A DNA stretch of 64,000 nucleotides. It comes from Octopus sinensis (lineage: Eukaryota). Location of the stretch: the NCBI RefSeq assembly GCF_006345805.1, contig NC_043021.1, positions 27,776,001 to 27,840,000 on the forward strand. The letters are read 5' to 3'. The notes beneath the pieces were generated by a model. The model ran no database searches, was not told the DNA's origin, and saw nothing but the letters and a program-made list of their open reading frames with translations. A program made the translations under genes and the position numbers. Positions 51,307 through 64,000 of this stretch are shown here, in pieces (positions within the stretch are counted from its first letter, which is position 1; each line of letters begins with the position of its first letter).

Positions 51307-52925
51307 TTATTGGTACTAAACAAAACTCAGGTGATGTCTTCAACATAATATTGCCCTCCTATCTGTGACAGAACTGTGCTGCTAACACACATTATAGCCC
51401 GTGTCCAGAAAAGGGTTATATAACAAATTAGCATAAAAGTACTCACAGATACGCCCCAACTTGTGGCCGAGGATCGCACCGTCTCCGTTTTCTATCTTTC
51501 CTATTATTAATAGAGTGGTTTTGTATCTTGGATTTGGCTGCAATGACCCCTACTCATTCATAGTTCCCTTGTTATCACCTCCTCTCTTGTTTCTATCACC
51601 TAGTTTGTGTCCAAACCCCGGACTCCAAACTATTCAGCACACGTCTTGTCTTTCTTTCCTTAAAATCATCCCTCAGAAATCCCGTCCTGATCGTATCTGT
51701 TTCGCAGACATTGGCTTACAAATTTTGAGTATCTCAAGAAGATTATTATGCCAATAATAAAGTGATGTATTAGTGCTGTTCACTGGTTTGTTATTAGTTA
51801 ATTGACTTACTATTTAATAACTTAACTAATCGGTTGTTTGATTGGTCGTTCGTTTAATTCTTCAATCATATATTTGACAAAATTCTTTCGACGTCATCCG
51901 CAATACATAACCTATCTACTCCATATCACTTACAAATAACTAATAATAAAGAAGTGGGATACAATCAGTGTTTTCATTATTGGCATAATGACCCTTCCAA
52001 GATGCAACAAAATATGTTTCAACAAATACAAAAACCAAATCCAATATCGAAATAGCTTATAAAAGTTCTGAGAATAATTAATGGCATCAATCTCAGCGGT
52101 TTAGGAAAGCCTGCAAAGACCATGGTCACAAATATTTCTGCAGAATCGGCAATGAAAACAATATAATTTCTTCAAGAAATTAAAGTGCCTAAATTTCATT
52201 TGAATATAAAATATATTAACCATAGGGATATCAAGGTGTCCAAGTCTAAAATGGAGAAAGAAATGTGTCCACCATCTTGCTGTTTCTCAACGGCATAAAA
52301 TCAAGTATTTCGAGTCATTCATGGAGATAAAAATTTAGTAACATACACACTCACACAAACACACATACACACGCACACACATGAATACATACACACAATC
52401 ACACACATATATATGTATGTATCTATGTATTTATGTACGTATAATACAGTTCTATATTTAAGAGATGAGGAATTATGTACATTATTTACGTTATTTACAT
52501 TTGACAAATGTAAATAATGTGAATAATGAATGTGCGTGTGTATGTGGAGGGAAAACGGTAACGTTCGATAGATTCATATGCAAAAAAGAACGAATGTCAA
52601 AGGAACATTCACAGAGCATTTTATCATTTTGACACTGGATGAAATTTTCAGAGGGAAAGTGAAGGTAAAATTATGGGTCTTGGAGCTTAGCGTTTCGTTA
52701 GATAGTAGAAGAAAGAGAAAAGAGTGGGAGAGGAAATGGGAACGGATAGCCAGGCAACAAGTATGAGGCTAGCCGGCAAGGTGGTAAAGTGGAGATGGTG
52801 TGAGGAGTGTGGGTAATGCAAGGAAGCAGAGTAGTAGTGTAGGGAAAGAAAAGGAAGTAAGGTGTAAGAGTCACCGACGAATTAAGAAAATTTACAATCT
52901 AAGGTAAATTCAAAGGTGTAATATA

Positions 52926-52990
<65 letters not shown>

Positions 52991-52994
<4 letters not shown>

Positions 52995-53221
52995 CCGAAA
53001 GAGATCAAAGAGGAAAAGGATCCCATCAACTTTAAACGGAGTCTGGATAGATTTCTTCAAGGAATACCTGGATACAACTCACTCAACAAGAACTCCCTAC
53101 TCGAATGGACCATAAACAAAACTTGACTTAAACAGGAGTTAGATAATCCTATCAGGTGGTCCTATTAAGTAAGAGATGGCCTGGACCAATCTTTGGTCGA
53201 AACATATCCAAGTTTTATCTA

Positions 53222-53225
<4 letters not shown>
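52991..53225 (+). mobile_element. CR1-like LINE extreme 3' end
   Basis: VPKEIKEEKDPINFKRSLDRFLQGIPGYNSLNKNSLLEW plus short UTR, inside (TA)n. Confidence 0.65.
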
Positions 53226-53314
<89 letters not shown>

Positions 53315-53467
53315 TAGGTAGATAAATAGATATATATGCATTTATACATGCATACACATATATGTGTGTGTATATTATGTATACATATAATATAAACAAT
53401 ATATATCAATATATGTATATATATATATACATACATACATGCATACATACACACACACACACATACA

Positions 53468-53527
<60 letters not shown>

Positions 53528-54024
53528 CACACACAAACTTGTTGCCAGTTCAAATATGCTTGAGGCACATTTGAACCTGTGAGAAAAACATTCATGCTAT
53601 ACGTATACTAACACACACATGCACAGACACATACACACACATACATGCACAGACACATACACACACACATTCTCCTTTATGCTTTGAGTTCTGTTTCCCT
53701 CTGTTACTAAACGAAACCATAACACACACACACACACAATCACACACACTCAAACGCACACACATACACACACACGAGCACACACGCTCAAACGCACACA
53801 TGCATACATGTACATTGTAAGACCTGTTAGTCTTTATCTTTTCAACCGACGTTGCTATTAGTTACGGCGAAGAAAAGAACTCTATGGCTTCATATAGAGA
53901 TGTAGAAAAGAGACAGGTGTAACGAGAAATAGAATGCGAGAGAGCGGAGAGGGAGAGGGCGATAGGTGGATATATATAATACATATATCCGTATATGTGT
54001 GTGAGTGTGTGTTGTGTGTGTGTG

Positions 54025-54057
<33 letters not shown>

Positions 54058-54469
54058 AGAAAATGAGAGAGAGGTCTGTGCGCATGAATGTATGTATGCT
54101 ATTATCAACAATAGCCTAGTTGATCGTAAGTTCCAAGCAGTTAATCAATGTTTCACGCAGTTTTCAAAGTTACAATAACAATACGTGTATTTGTATTCGA
54201 CGACTGCTAAAAGCCCGCCTTTCATTATCTGAGAAATCTTCCATTCTAATTTTATATTCAAAGTCGAGTGCAGAGAGCTTCTAACTTATATAAAAGCTGC
54301 TACATCAGACATTCAGAAAACGGTTTTACTGAAAATTTGAACGTACCGTTCCCCATCCACCCGCCTTTTGTACTGCTCTCACAATACGATTCATTTTGTA
54401 GGGTTTACGTTATTTCTAAATTTTATAGAGTACGATACTTACTGTAGAAACTTGCTTCCAGCTACAACT

Positions 54470-57400
54470 GCATGATAAGAATATGCAGGTTTTATCAACA
54501 TCAACTGATTCGATATATGTTCTCTGTTGAGTTATCCCCACACATGGATCCTCAAACAACGTACAAGAACATTCGGGAGGTCTTCCCATACGACGTGGGA
54601 ACCTCAAAAATAGCAGCCTCCAAGAGACTTATAAAGGGGTTCCCAGAAATCCTCCCACTAGATCCGGAGGCCAGACCTTCCGGCCGCCAATTGTTCGCTC
54701 TTTTTCTTCCTCACAGCTCTTTCCGACCAACATGCAATTGATTAGAGTGGACTGAGTAAAGATTCGTGGCCTGGGGTCGTTTTTTCAACGACCTCAGGTC
54801 ACTATCTATTGATGTGAGAGCCGTCAGCCAAACCAGGATTTCCTACAAACACGATCTGGCCCCCATTTTCGACGACTTTGAGAACTGCGCAGCTCTTAGT
54901 TGACCTGGAATTGGATGTGGTGTGGCAGTGCTGTTTACAAAAGGACTGGATCTCGAGGTACGGACGCTCTTCCTGGACCCGGAAAAAATGTTAGTGGTTC
55001 TGGATGCGAATAAGTGTGAAGGTGGCCCTTTCAGACTAGTCGCTGTGAACACCCCAACTGGGGAAGGGCAGCCAAATTTCTTCAGACGTTTAGAGTTTCT
55101 CCTTGGGTTATCTCGCTCTTTAGTTCTCGTAGGCGACTGAAATGCTGCTTTGGATGCATAGTTGGATAGGGTGGGGCTAACCGATAGGAGTGCAAAAGCC
55201 TTACAAACCTGCTCAGTCGTTTCCAATTGGCTGACAGGTACCGATTGAATGTCCTGAATGTGCCAATGTGGACATGGTCGAACAGCACATGGTCAAACAT
55301 CATCGTATTTAGAGAGGATATTCTGTAGGCCACGGTAGGATATTCTCTAACATAGGTTGTCAACGTCGTCGGCTACACAGACCATAAATTTGTAATATGC
55401 ACCTTTGACCTAGATAGGATCCATAGGCAGGAGCCCGGGTAATGGAAGCTGAACGTGTCTTTCCCAGCGCGTCAAGCATTCAGAAACAGAGAGCAAGTTA
55501 GTCCATCGGACGTTGGTAGGCGCAATCGTCAATAACCGTTGGTAGATAGCCCTGAAAAGGGCTATTAGCGTAGAGACAGTAGGATTTAGTCTTAAGCTAT
55601 ATGAGGTGCTTAGGAGTGGAATTGCGACTGACGTGATGGCGGCGAGACTGACTCTTGATCAATTCTTCAATGCCAAGCACGAAGGTTGCGTTGTGAGAGC
55701 TAGGGCGCGTGCTCTAAGACATGATGGGACGGAAGCCATCCGATGGGCCCTGGCGGCAGAAGTGCAACGTGACAACAAAGCCACAATACGGTCTTTGACG
55801 GTCCTGAACGGGCGTATGCTATACGAATCCAAGCCGATGTGTACGGAATTTCTGCAGTACTTCGCTGAACTGCTCGGGGCTCGCGGTGTGTCGGGGATGG
55901 AGGTGGATTTTACCCCTTACTTCGACGGCATACCACGCCTTTCGCCCAGGGGTGCGGAGTTCTACTAAATGTCGATAACAGCCGAAGACATACGTGATGC
56001 AACGACGAGCTGCGCAAGGGAGAAGTCTCTGGGGCTGGATGGTCTACCATTCGACCCGAACAAGGGAGACGAAATAGATAATTGTAGACCCATAATTCTG
56101 CTGAACGCAGAATATACGATTTTGGCCAAGGTGTTCGCCAAGAGGTTGGCGCTTGTCGATGCGTAGATATGCGCTATCCCGAAAAGATCTATCAACAACA
56201 ACCTCCACCTCACGCGCTACATCATAGAGAGGATAGGAAAGGAATCTGACATGGGTGGGGGTCCTGATCAATTTGGACTAATGAAAGGCTTTTGGAGGCC
56301 GTTCTCGCGGCGGCCGGTTTCGGTCCCGTTTTCAAAGGCTGGGTAGCTGCAATGTACAACGACATCTATTCGGTTCAAAGTAAATGGCTACCTATCGGAA
56401 TCGTTTAGCATCGCTTGTTGGAACTGTCAAATATGCTGACTTTCTCCCCTCTTGTATGTGCTGGTTTTCGAACCATTACTAAGGAAATTGAATATTGAAG
56501 GTTCGTGTCGGCTTATGCGGACAACGTCACCGTAATAGTGTCAGGCAGTTCGGAAATCGAGGGGATCAGCACTACCTGAAGGGAGTACGAAGCGCTGAGA
56601 GGAGGAAAAATTAGTGAACACAAGCCGGTTGACCCGCAGCTCATCACCTAGAGAGGCAGGTCATGCCAACCGACAGCAGGGCGCAGGACGGAAGGACCAG
56701 TTAAATTGCTCAGGGGTCTGGTTTTTGTTCGGAACCCCAGATGGACAAGAACTGCGGGGAGGTGACGAGCAGGGTAGACAATCTCACTCAGAAATGGGCA
56801 GCGACGAAGTTGTCCGTGAAAGGTCGGGCGGCGGTGGCGAATGCGTACATCGCTTCCGTTATCTGCTTGACCGTCATCCCTTGTCTTACTTTGTAGCTGA
56901 TGAAGCTGGAGCGCTTACTTTTCTGGTTTCTGTGGAAGGACGTGTTCCGCTCGTCAGACGATCCATGTGCTGTCAACAGCCACTGAATGGAGGACTGGCA
57001 ATGCTATGGCTATTGATCCGCAGACACGCACTGAGGCTGCGATATCACCAGTTTTCTTAACGGTAAGGAGGTGTGGTCGTCGTTTGTCACACAGGATTTT
57101 CCGCAGCTCATCTCAGTAATGAAACTACAGTCCTAGATCAGGCATAGACCAAAAACGGGTTCTTGGCCCCTGGAGTGTTGGTAAGCGCTCACAACTTTCT
57201 TCCAGTCAGACCACGCGGTCAGTGAAAGTTCCACTATGGAGTTCTATAGGGGATTAGTGGAGGGAAAGAGCGACGACGTTCTCAGGGAAACTCTGAGAGT
57301 CGGGAGGGATCGACTAACTTGTCTTCTCCGGAGACTTTCTAGCCAGGACCTATGGCTAACTCATTGACGGTGCTACAATCCTGGATCAGGTGTAGACCAA

Positions 57401-58408
57401 GAGAGGTCGCTTGACACCTGGAGTGTTGGCAAGCGCTTTCTGCGAGTTGAGCCACGCATTCGGTAGAAGTTCCACTACAGGGTTTTATAGGGGATTAGTG
57501 GAAGGAAAGAGTGACAACGTACCCAGGGAAACTCTGGGCGTTGGGTGAGATCAACTCACTGGTTTCTCCGGAGGACCCTCGAACCAGAGCCTATGAATAA
57601 CTTCCAGAAATACCTGGCCTGGCAGTGCTACCGGGGACCACTGCCAGTTTAAAACAAACTGTACAGACGCGGAAGTGCTGTGAGACGGATCTGTCCGAGG
57701 TGTACGCAGAGCGACGAAATCGCGTAGCGTGCAGTCGTCCAATGGCTGTGCATTACTAACTTGTGGAACTTTGTCGAACAGCTGTTCTCGCGTGTAGGAA
57801 GGATCCATTTATCAGCTGAGCCCATCGCGAAGATCGCCCTACTGCTTTCCTTTAGCCCGGAAGGAAAGGCATTTTCCCTCTCTCTGGTAGCTATGGTGAT
57901 CAGCACTACCTGAAGGGAGTACGAAGCGCTGAGAAGAGGTAAAATTAGTCAGCACAAGTCGGTGGGCCTGCAGCTGATAAAGGTAAGGAGGAGGTGGACG
58001 AGATTGAAAGGACTGAAGACAGACACTTTCCTCTTTGACTAAGCCATCATCGACTTTTTCAAGTTCCACCTGAAAAGTAAAGTGAAAGTAGAGAGGGCTG
58101 TTCTGCCCCTCAGTAAATATGCTGAAATGTGGGTGAATGTGGCTAAGATGGCCCGTTTGAATTTTCGCTTGTAAACCGGAGGGTTTTGAAGAGGAGAGAT
58201 GCATCTGACGATCGGGGCAACAAGAATGGGGTTTCTTGGTTATTATTGTGAGGATCCCTCCTCCTTTTGGTGAATTATATTTTCTAATTGTTTTGCTAAT
58301 TATTTTTGTTACTTATTGTATTCACGGCATTTTTCAACACTCCACTTGTCCCTTGTATTGTATCGTCTCTACCTGTTTTGTGTTCGGTCCTTGTGGCCAA
58401 ATAAAGAA
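54470..58408 (+). mobile_element. L1/Tx1-clade LINE, heavily decayed
   Basis: APE: RLVAVNTPT..LVLVGD*NA. RT: EKSLGLDGLP, CRPIILLNAEYTILAKVFAKRL, SINNNLHLTRYII, SAYADNVTV. 3' end 'aaataaagaaac' abuts (TTC)n. Start position uncertain. Confidence 0.85.
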
Positions 58409-58546
58409 ACTCTTCTTCTTCTTCTTCTTCTTCTTCTTCTTCTTCTTCTTCTTCTTCTTCTTCTTCTTCTTCTTCTTCTTCTTCTTCTTCTTCTTCTTCT
58501 TCTTCTCTTCTTCTTCTTCTTCTTCTTCTTCTTCTTCTTCTTCTTC

Positions 58547-59941
58547 CTATCCCAGGTTTTGTTGGGACTCCTGGAGTCTTGCATGCGTTGCAGGCATGCT
58601 ATGTACAGCTTACGGTACCTTGCTATCCGTTCTCTTCAGCTATCTAATACTTTCCTGATTATTTTGGCCGTGCCAAGGAGGCAAACGTTTTGTAACAGTT
58701 GTAATGGGCTCTCTATTCCAATTTCCTTGCTATTCCTCTTGATGTCTTCCTCTATAGTTTCCAAGAACCCAGTAATAATTGACACTGTATTCACTTTCTT
58801 CATTATCCATAGCCGAGTCATTTTCTACTTAAGATGGTTGTATTCATCTATCCTTTCGCTTTCCTTCTTGACTATTCGTGCGTCAAAGGGGCATCCAACA
58901 TCGATTATATAGCATATGTGGTGCATCTTGTAAGTCCGGTCTGTTATGCTTTAGCACCTGATCTATTTGGATTAGGAAATCCCAGAGGATTTTGCTAGTC
59001 TCCATCTCCGCCATTCTCTGCGGTTTGTGCTCATGCTACATCTTGGCCCCCTCTCTCTCTCTAGCCCCCGCTTTTGGCACAGTTTCCACTGTGGCACTAT
59101 TGCTACCTGATCACGTCGCCACAACTTATAGTGGTTTCGAGAAGGTCTAAGGCAGTCATTTATGATATGGGCAATGGTTTCATCTACCCTATTATAGATG
59201 CAGCACAGCGAAGACACTTGCTCATTCCAAAGGTTAACCCACCAGTTCGTGGAAAGAGCCTGGTCTTCAGCCAATCTCACCTATTTTTCCAACAACTTCT
59301 GTTGTGACTACATGGAATTGATTGTGTCGTCCCTTGTTGCGTAATAATTCTTCGTGTCCTTTTTTGTACTTTTTTCTTCGTTTTCCCTTTACCCCTCTTT
59401 CAATACTCCCCCGTTCCTAACTGACACTAGCAAGGTTTCCTTACTTTGGGTTAGGTATCTTATTAAGCTCTCGAGTTCGATACTTACACAATCTTCCGCA
59501 CTTATCAGTCCTCTTCCTCCAGTTGCTCTCTTCATGTATAGGCGATCAGTGTCTGCTCGTGGGTGATGGGTTCCATGCATTGTTATGAATTTTCTTGACT
59601 GCTTGTCCATCTCCTTTAGCTCCTCCTCTGTCCACTTCAGGATTCTAGCGCCATACCAAGCTACTGTGACTGCGTGTGAGCTTGTTGCCGAAATCATGTT
59701 CCTGGCATTCAGCTTTGAAGCCAATGTTTTTCTCACTTGCCGCAGGTACCCTCTTTTTGTCTTTTCCTTCATGTCGTGGTGTTTGATTCCATCTGACTCG
59801 AGTATTCCCAGGTGTTTATAACTGGATTGAGGTTGAATTTCCTTCATCATCTCACCAATTGGCAAACTTATGCTTTCTGTCCTGACAAGCTTTCCTCACC
59901 TTATCACCATCGGAGCACATTTTGAGAGCCCAAACTCCATC
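58547..59941 (-). mobile_element. Second R4/Dong-clade LINE 3' fragment (different family)
   Basis: YKHLGILE, ASKLNARNMI, HPRADTDRLYMKRATGGRGLIS, NRPD, LLGTAKIIRKVLDS; (AAT)n upstream and (AAG)n downstream on its own strand. Confidence 0.88.
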
Positions 59942-59979
<38 letters not shown>

Positions 59980-59981
<2 letters not shown>

Positions 59982-60460
59982 GGCCGGGTTCCAACTCGAG
60001 CTGTAGCAACAAAGTCCACCCTCTACACTTCTCGGTCCTATATCCGTGCGTATAGCTCCTAGATACATTCCAGGCCAGTATCTGAAATCACAGTTAGTGT
60101 GGGACGACGTTTCAGTCTTCTTACATCACCGTGAAGTGGTTTCCACCGACTAACATGGATGCTTCCAGTTCAGGGTGTCGGTCGCAGTGACCAGGTGGCC
60201 GCAGATGTCTTCTCGCTAACTTTCGGGAAGTATCCCTTAAGTCTTTCATTTGTCACATGCTGCTTTCCATTTCACATTTAGGACCATTCGTAGCATCCTT
60301 GTGTAGCATCCATTTAGCCCGTTTGATAATTTCTTTGTCAGAGTCCACGTTTCACTGTTATATAACAGTACTGATTCGACAGATGCAGTGAAAAACAGGA
60401 TGTTGATTTGCCTGGGCAAATTGAGGTTTATTCCATTAAATGGCCTTGTTCAGCTTATTA
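59980..60460 (-). mobile_element. RTE/RTEX-type LINE 3' fragment with (TAA)n tail
   Basis: WKQHVTNERLKGYFPKVSEK; GHCDRHPELEAS; DTGLECI*ELYARI*DREV*R. Confidence 0.7.
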
Positions 60461-60507
60461 GGTATTCCTTTGTGTAGCACAGTGGTTCTCAAACATATTT
60501 TGCCTAA

Positions 60508-60926
60508 GGCGCAGGGGTGGCTGTGTGGTAAGTAGCTTGCTTACCAACCACATGGTTCCGGGTTCAGTCCCATTGCATGGCATCTTGGGCAAGTGTCTTC
60601 TACTATACCCTCGGGCTGGCAAAGCCTTGTGAGTGGATTTGGTAGACGGAAACTAAAAGAAACCCGTCGTATATATGTATATATTATTTAAGTAGGTGAA
60701 TGAATTATCTTAGTATTGATAATTCGGTTAACCGATACCTGTAGCAAGCCATAGAAAAGTGTTTGTCCGTCTTGAGGCTGATTGATTTTCCTTGACTTTC
60801 CTGATGAGAAGACGGCATAATGCACCTTATTCCTTCAGAATTAAGAATATGCAGTCTTCGAAACATGTGTTGAACTTAAAGGAATTGTGTTAAAATCCTC
60901 GTTCGACTACATTCTTTTATTCATTT

Positions 60927-60973
<47 letters not shown>

Positions 60974-61200
60974 GTATATATGTATGTATATGTATATGTT
61001 TGTGTATCTTGTTTTGTCCCCCAACATCGCTTGACAACCCATGGTTGTGTGTTTACGCCCCGTAACTTAGCGGTTCGGCAAAAGAAACCGATAGAATAAG
61101 TACTAGGCTTCCAAAGAATAAGTCCTGAAATCGATGTACTCGACTAAAAGCGGTGCTCCAGCATGGCCGCAGTCAAGTGACTGAAACAAATATAAGAGTA
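60508..61200 (+). mobile_element. CORE-like SINE split by an insertion (head 60508-60680, tail ~61000-61200)
   Basis: Head and tail match 49196-49560; ~230 bp of unrelated sequence plus (TA)n lies between them. Confidence 0.8.
60788..60884 (+). ncRNA. Type-I hammerhead with long helix II
   Basis: UUC-CUGAUGA-GAAGAC-G-GCAUA..CUUAUUC/GAAUUAAG..UAUGC-A-GUCUUC-GAA-ACAUGUGU-U-GAA; helix I extends via UUCCUU/AAGGAA. Confidence 0.78.
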
Positions 61201-62296
61201 TGGACCCTTTTCATTCCTATTTTAGGTGGGAGGGGCGGGTCCTCATAGCCATTCCATGTCTAAAACCTCCTATGATATTTTTTTGATTAAATACTATTGG
61301 GAATCGTATACAGAAATGTTTAAATGTTTTGTGCATTGTAGAATGATAACCAGTTAATTTCAACAAAATCTTATATGGACCGCGGTGGCGTAGCACTTCA
61401 ACTCTCAGAAGGTCTTAAATTTGGGGGAAGTAATATGTTCCTAGAAACTTACTTCAGCGTATGATCTGGAATGAGATCAGAGGTGAAAGTTTTACCTGCA
61501 AGGCATACATATCACAGGCATATTCCCAGCAGAACGTTGAGAATGAAATGGAAAACCTCGAAACCTTTAGTATATAAACTTTTATGATGTTCTACTCGTA
61601 TTTCTAAAGCCATTAAACATACGACGATTAATGCGTCAGGGAAGTTTTATTCATGGTTGGAAACCGGTTAGAAATCTTTAACAGCAGCGTAACTTGAACG
61701 GAATGAACAAGCTTTTTGACGCCTGATTTTTTTCAAGGATATTAAAATTATTTTCGCAATACAAAGCGAAATCTTTCTATAGAAAGTCATTGATTTCCTC
61801 TCAACACCACATTTAACTACATATTTCTGTTTCTCGATAAAAAAAAAACACCAGTACATTGAGTAACCAATAGCCGGTCACCTGTTTTATGATGGCGTAT
61901 TCACCATTAGCTTCCGGTCAATCAGACGTGCAAAAAGTTCTTTTATTACGCTCGTCTATCTTATTGAATCTATCACAATTCCGCGTCTGTATAAAATTTT
62001 AAATTCGTTTTTTTCTTCTTATAGTCTCATAAACTTTTCGTTCTTTAAACAGTTCTCTGGCTCCTCTTAACTTTATCTCATTCACAAGTGATACACATGT
62101 CAGATTCAAAAGCCCTCGCTCATGTCCATATATATGTGTGTGTGTGTGCGTATACACATATAAACATGCAGACACACACACATATATGTGCATATGTATT
62201 ATGTATATATATATATATATAAATATGTATATATATGTTTATGTATGTGTTTGAATATATATATATATATATTATATATATATATACCATGTATGC

Positions 62297-62329
<33 letters not shown>

Positions 62330-62346
62330 TATAAAATACACACATT

Positions 62347-62379
<33 letters not shown>

Positions 62380-62413
62380 TATATATATACATGTATGCAT
62401 ATATATATATATG

Positions 62414-62464
<51 letters not shown>

Positions 62465-63137
62465 AAATGCACACATTTATATATATATATATTATATATA
62501 TATATATTATATATATATATATGTATATATATATACGATAATCAAGTATAATTTTGATTTAATCCTATTCGAATATGCCTTTAAAACAGATAGTGTAGAT
62601 AACGTTATGTCTTACTGCTGGCAAAGCTAGCTGTATACTTTAATAACCTAAAAAAATATCTTCTATCAAATGATATTAAAAAAAAAAAACAGGTAAAAGA
62701 GGAGAATAAGTAAGACACCGAAGTTTGGGGCTATAAACCTAAAGTCTTTCAGTAAAATAAAAAGGCAAATATTGTTAAATCTCTCTTTGAAAGTGGGTTC
62801 TAATCTTGAAACGGGACAAAAGCCTACTTATAACCACGATGCATCACTAAAGAAAACGTAAGAAGTTCTATTGGAAATGTCAGAGGCGGGTCTTTGTGTA
62901 GAAAACTCTTTGCTTCGCTATTGTTGTATAATTAGATTTTGCTTCAATGCCTTAAGTGAAGAGAGATCGAATGTAAAGACAGTTACTGAGTTACATTAGC
63001 GATAGTCGTGTGTACCGACGATGGATCTATTGTAACGATTAAATTACTTTATTAAATTACCTGAGATATTGCGTGAAGGCACATATTTACATTTGTATGA
63101 CTCCAGCAACGAACATTTCTGAATGTCTATCTATCTA

Positions 63138-63209
<72 letters not shown>

Positions 63210-63212
63210 CTA

Positions 63213-63249
<37 letters not shown>

Positions 63250-63465
63250 GTATGCATGGAATAAGCACACAGGACGTGTGTATTATTATACTATTTCCCA
63301 CCAGAAGTAATCACACACAGAGACACTCGTAAGGGATTCGCATGTCATTCAATTCTCTGTATGTGTGTGCCTGTGTGTATATACCGGTGCCTGCCTCTGT
63401 GCTTCACGCGCTCGTTGCGTATGTGTGTGTATATACATGGATTTATAAGTATATCTAAATGTCTG

Positions 63466-63557
<92 letters not shown>

Positions 63558-63879
63558 ACTATCTCTACATGCATACATACATCCATCCATACATACATAT
63601 GTGTATGCGTGTGTGCGTATGTGTATGTGTGTGTGTGTGTGTGTGTTGCATACAATTTACACCGAAGCAAAGTCTCTTCATCGGCTTTCGATAAAGGGTC
63701 ACTATGATTCTGGCCTCTACTGGGCAGTCTCCCACTTTCTATCATTACCGAGTCGCATTGATAGGAGCGATTATGGTGAATGCCCAGGTCATTTTAGCAC
63801 CCTTTTTTTTCATCAGTTCTTTTATTCACACACTAACCTCGCTGATCTATGTGCTCTAGCGGGACAAAAGGCCCCTAAG

Positions 63880-64000
63880 ACAAAAACCCCACGGACAAAA
63901 GCCCCACTGACAAAAGCCCCATAGGACAAAAGCCCTATAGGACAAAAGCCCCATAGCACAAAAGCCCCATAGGACAAAGGCCCCACGGACAAAAGCCCCA
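63880..64000. repeat. 17-18 bp minisatellite 'ggacaaaagcccca(c/ta)', runs off the window
   Basis: About 7 tandem units visible. Confidence 0.9.

Noticed and set aside
53183-53205. GACC/GGUC-GAAAC hairpin as a hammerhead
   Set aside because: No upstream core, no palindromic helix III, no helix I; it is a CR1 3' UTR stem-loop.
54470-58408. Active L1/Tx1 element
   Set aside because: Many stops, frameshifts and deletions; the catalytic motif reads YADN.
63880-64000. CRISPR-like array (also considered at 16095-16555)
   Set aside because: No unique spacers, eukaryotic context, no cas genes.

Overview
Very AT-rich, microsatellite-saturated eukaryotic DNA. The SINE families and the (TA)n/(TATG)n load suggest a cephalopod, most likely Octopus (inference). 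I found no intact host protein-coding gene; most ORFs in the supplied track are microsatellite artefacts. The window is a layered transposon graveyard: a 5'-truncated Penelope-like element (RT plus GIY-YIG), two R4/Dong-type RLE LINE 3' ends beside (AAT)n, a decayed L1/Tx1 LINE, RTE and CR1 fragments, one Tc1 and three mariner remnants, a probable solo LTR, and dozens of tRNA-derived SINEs. The most notable signal is not in the ORF track: more than 15 type-I hammerhead-ribozyme motifs from several unrelated repeat families, mostly inside fold-back (inverted-repeat) structures. Together they show eight different palindromic helix-III sequences, three identities of the core 3-8 pair (C-G, U-A, G-C), and a recurring form with a 50-70 nt structured helix II. 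Penelope-associated minimal or dimeric hammerheads are a known class. Whether these particular variants are described, and whether they cleave, cannot be determined from sequence alone. All coordinates were read by eye; repeat boundaries may be off by several bases.
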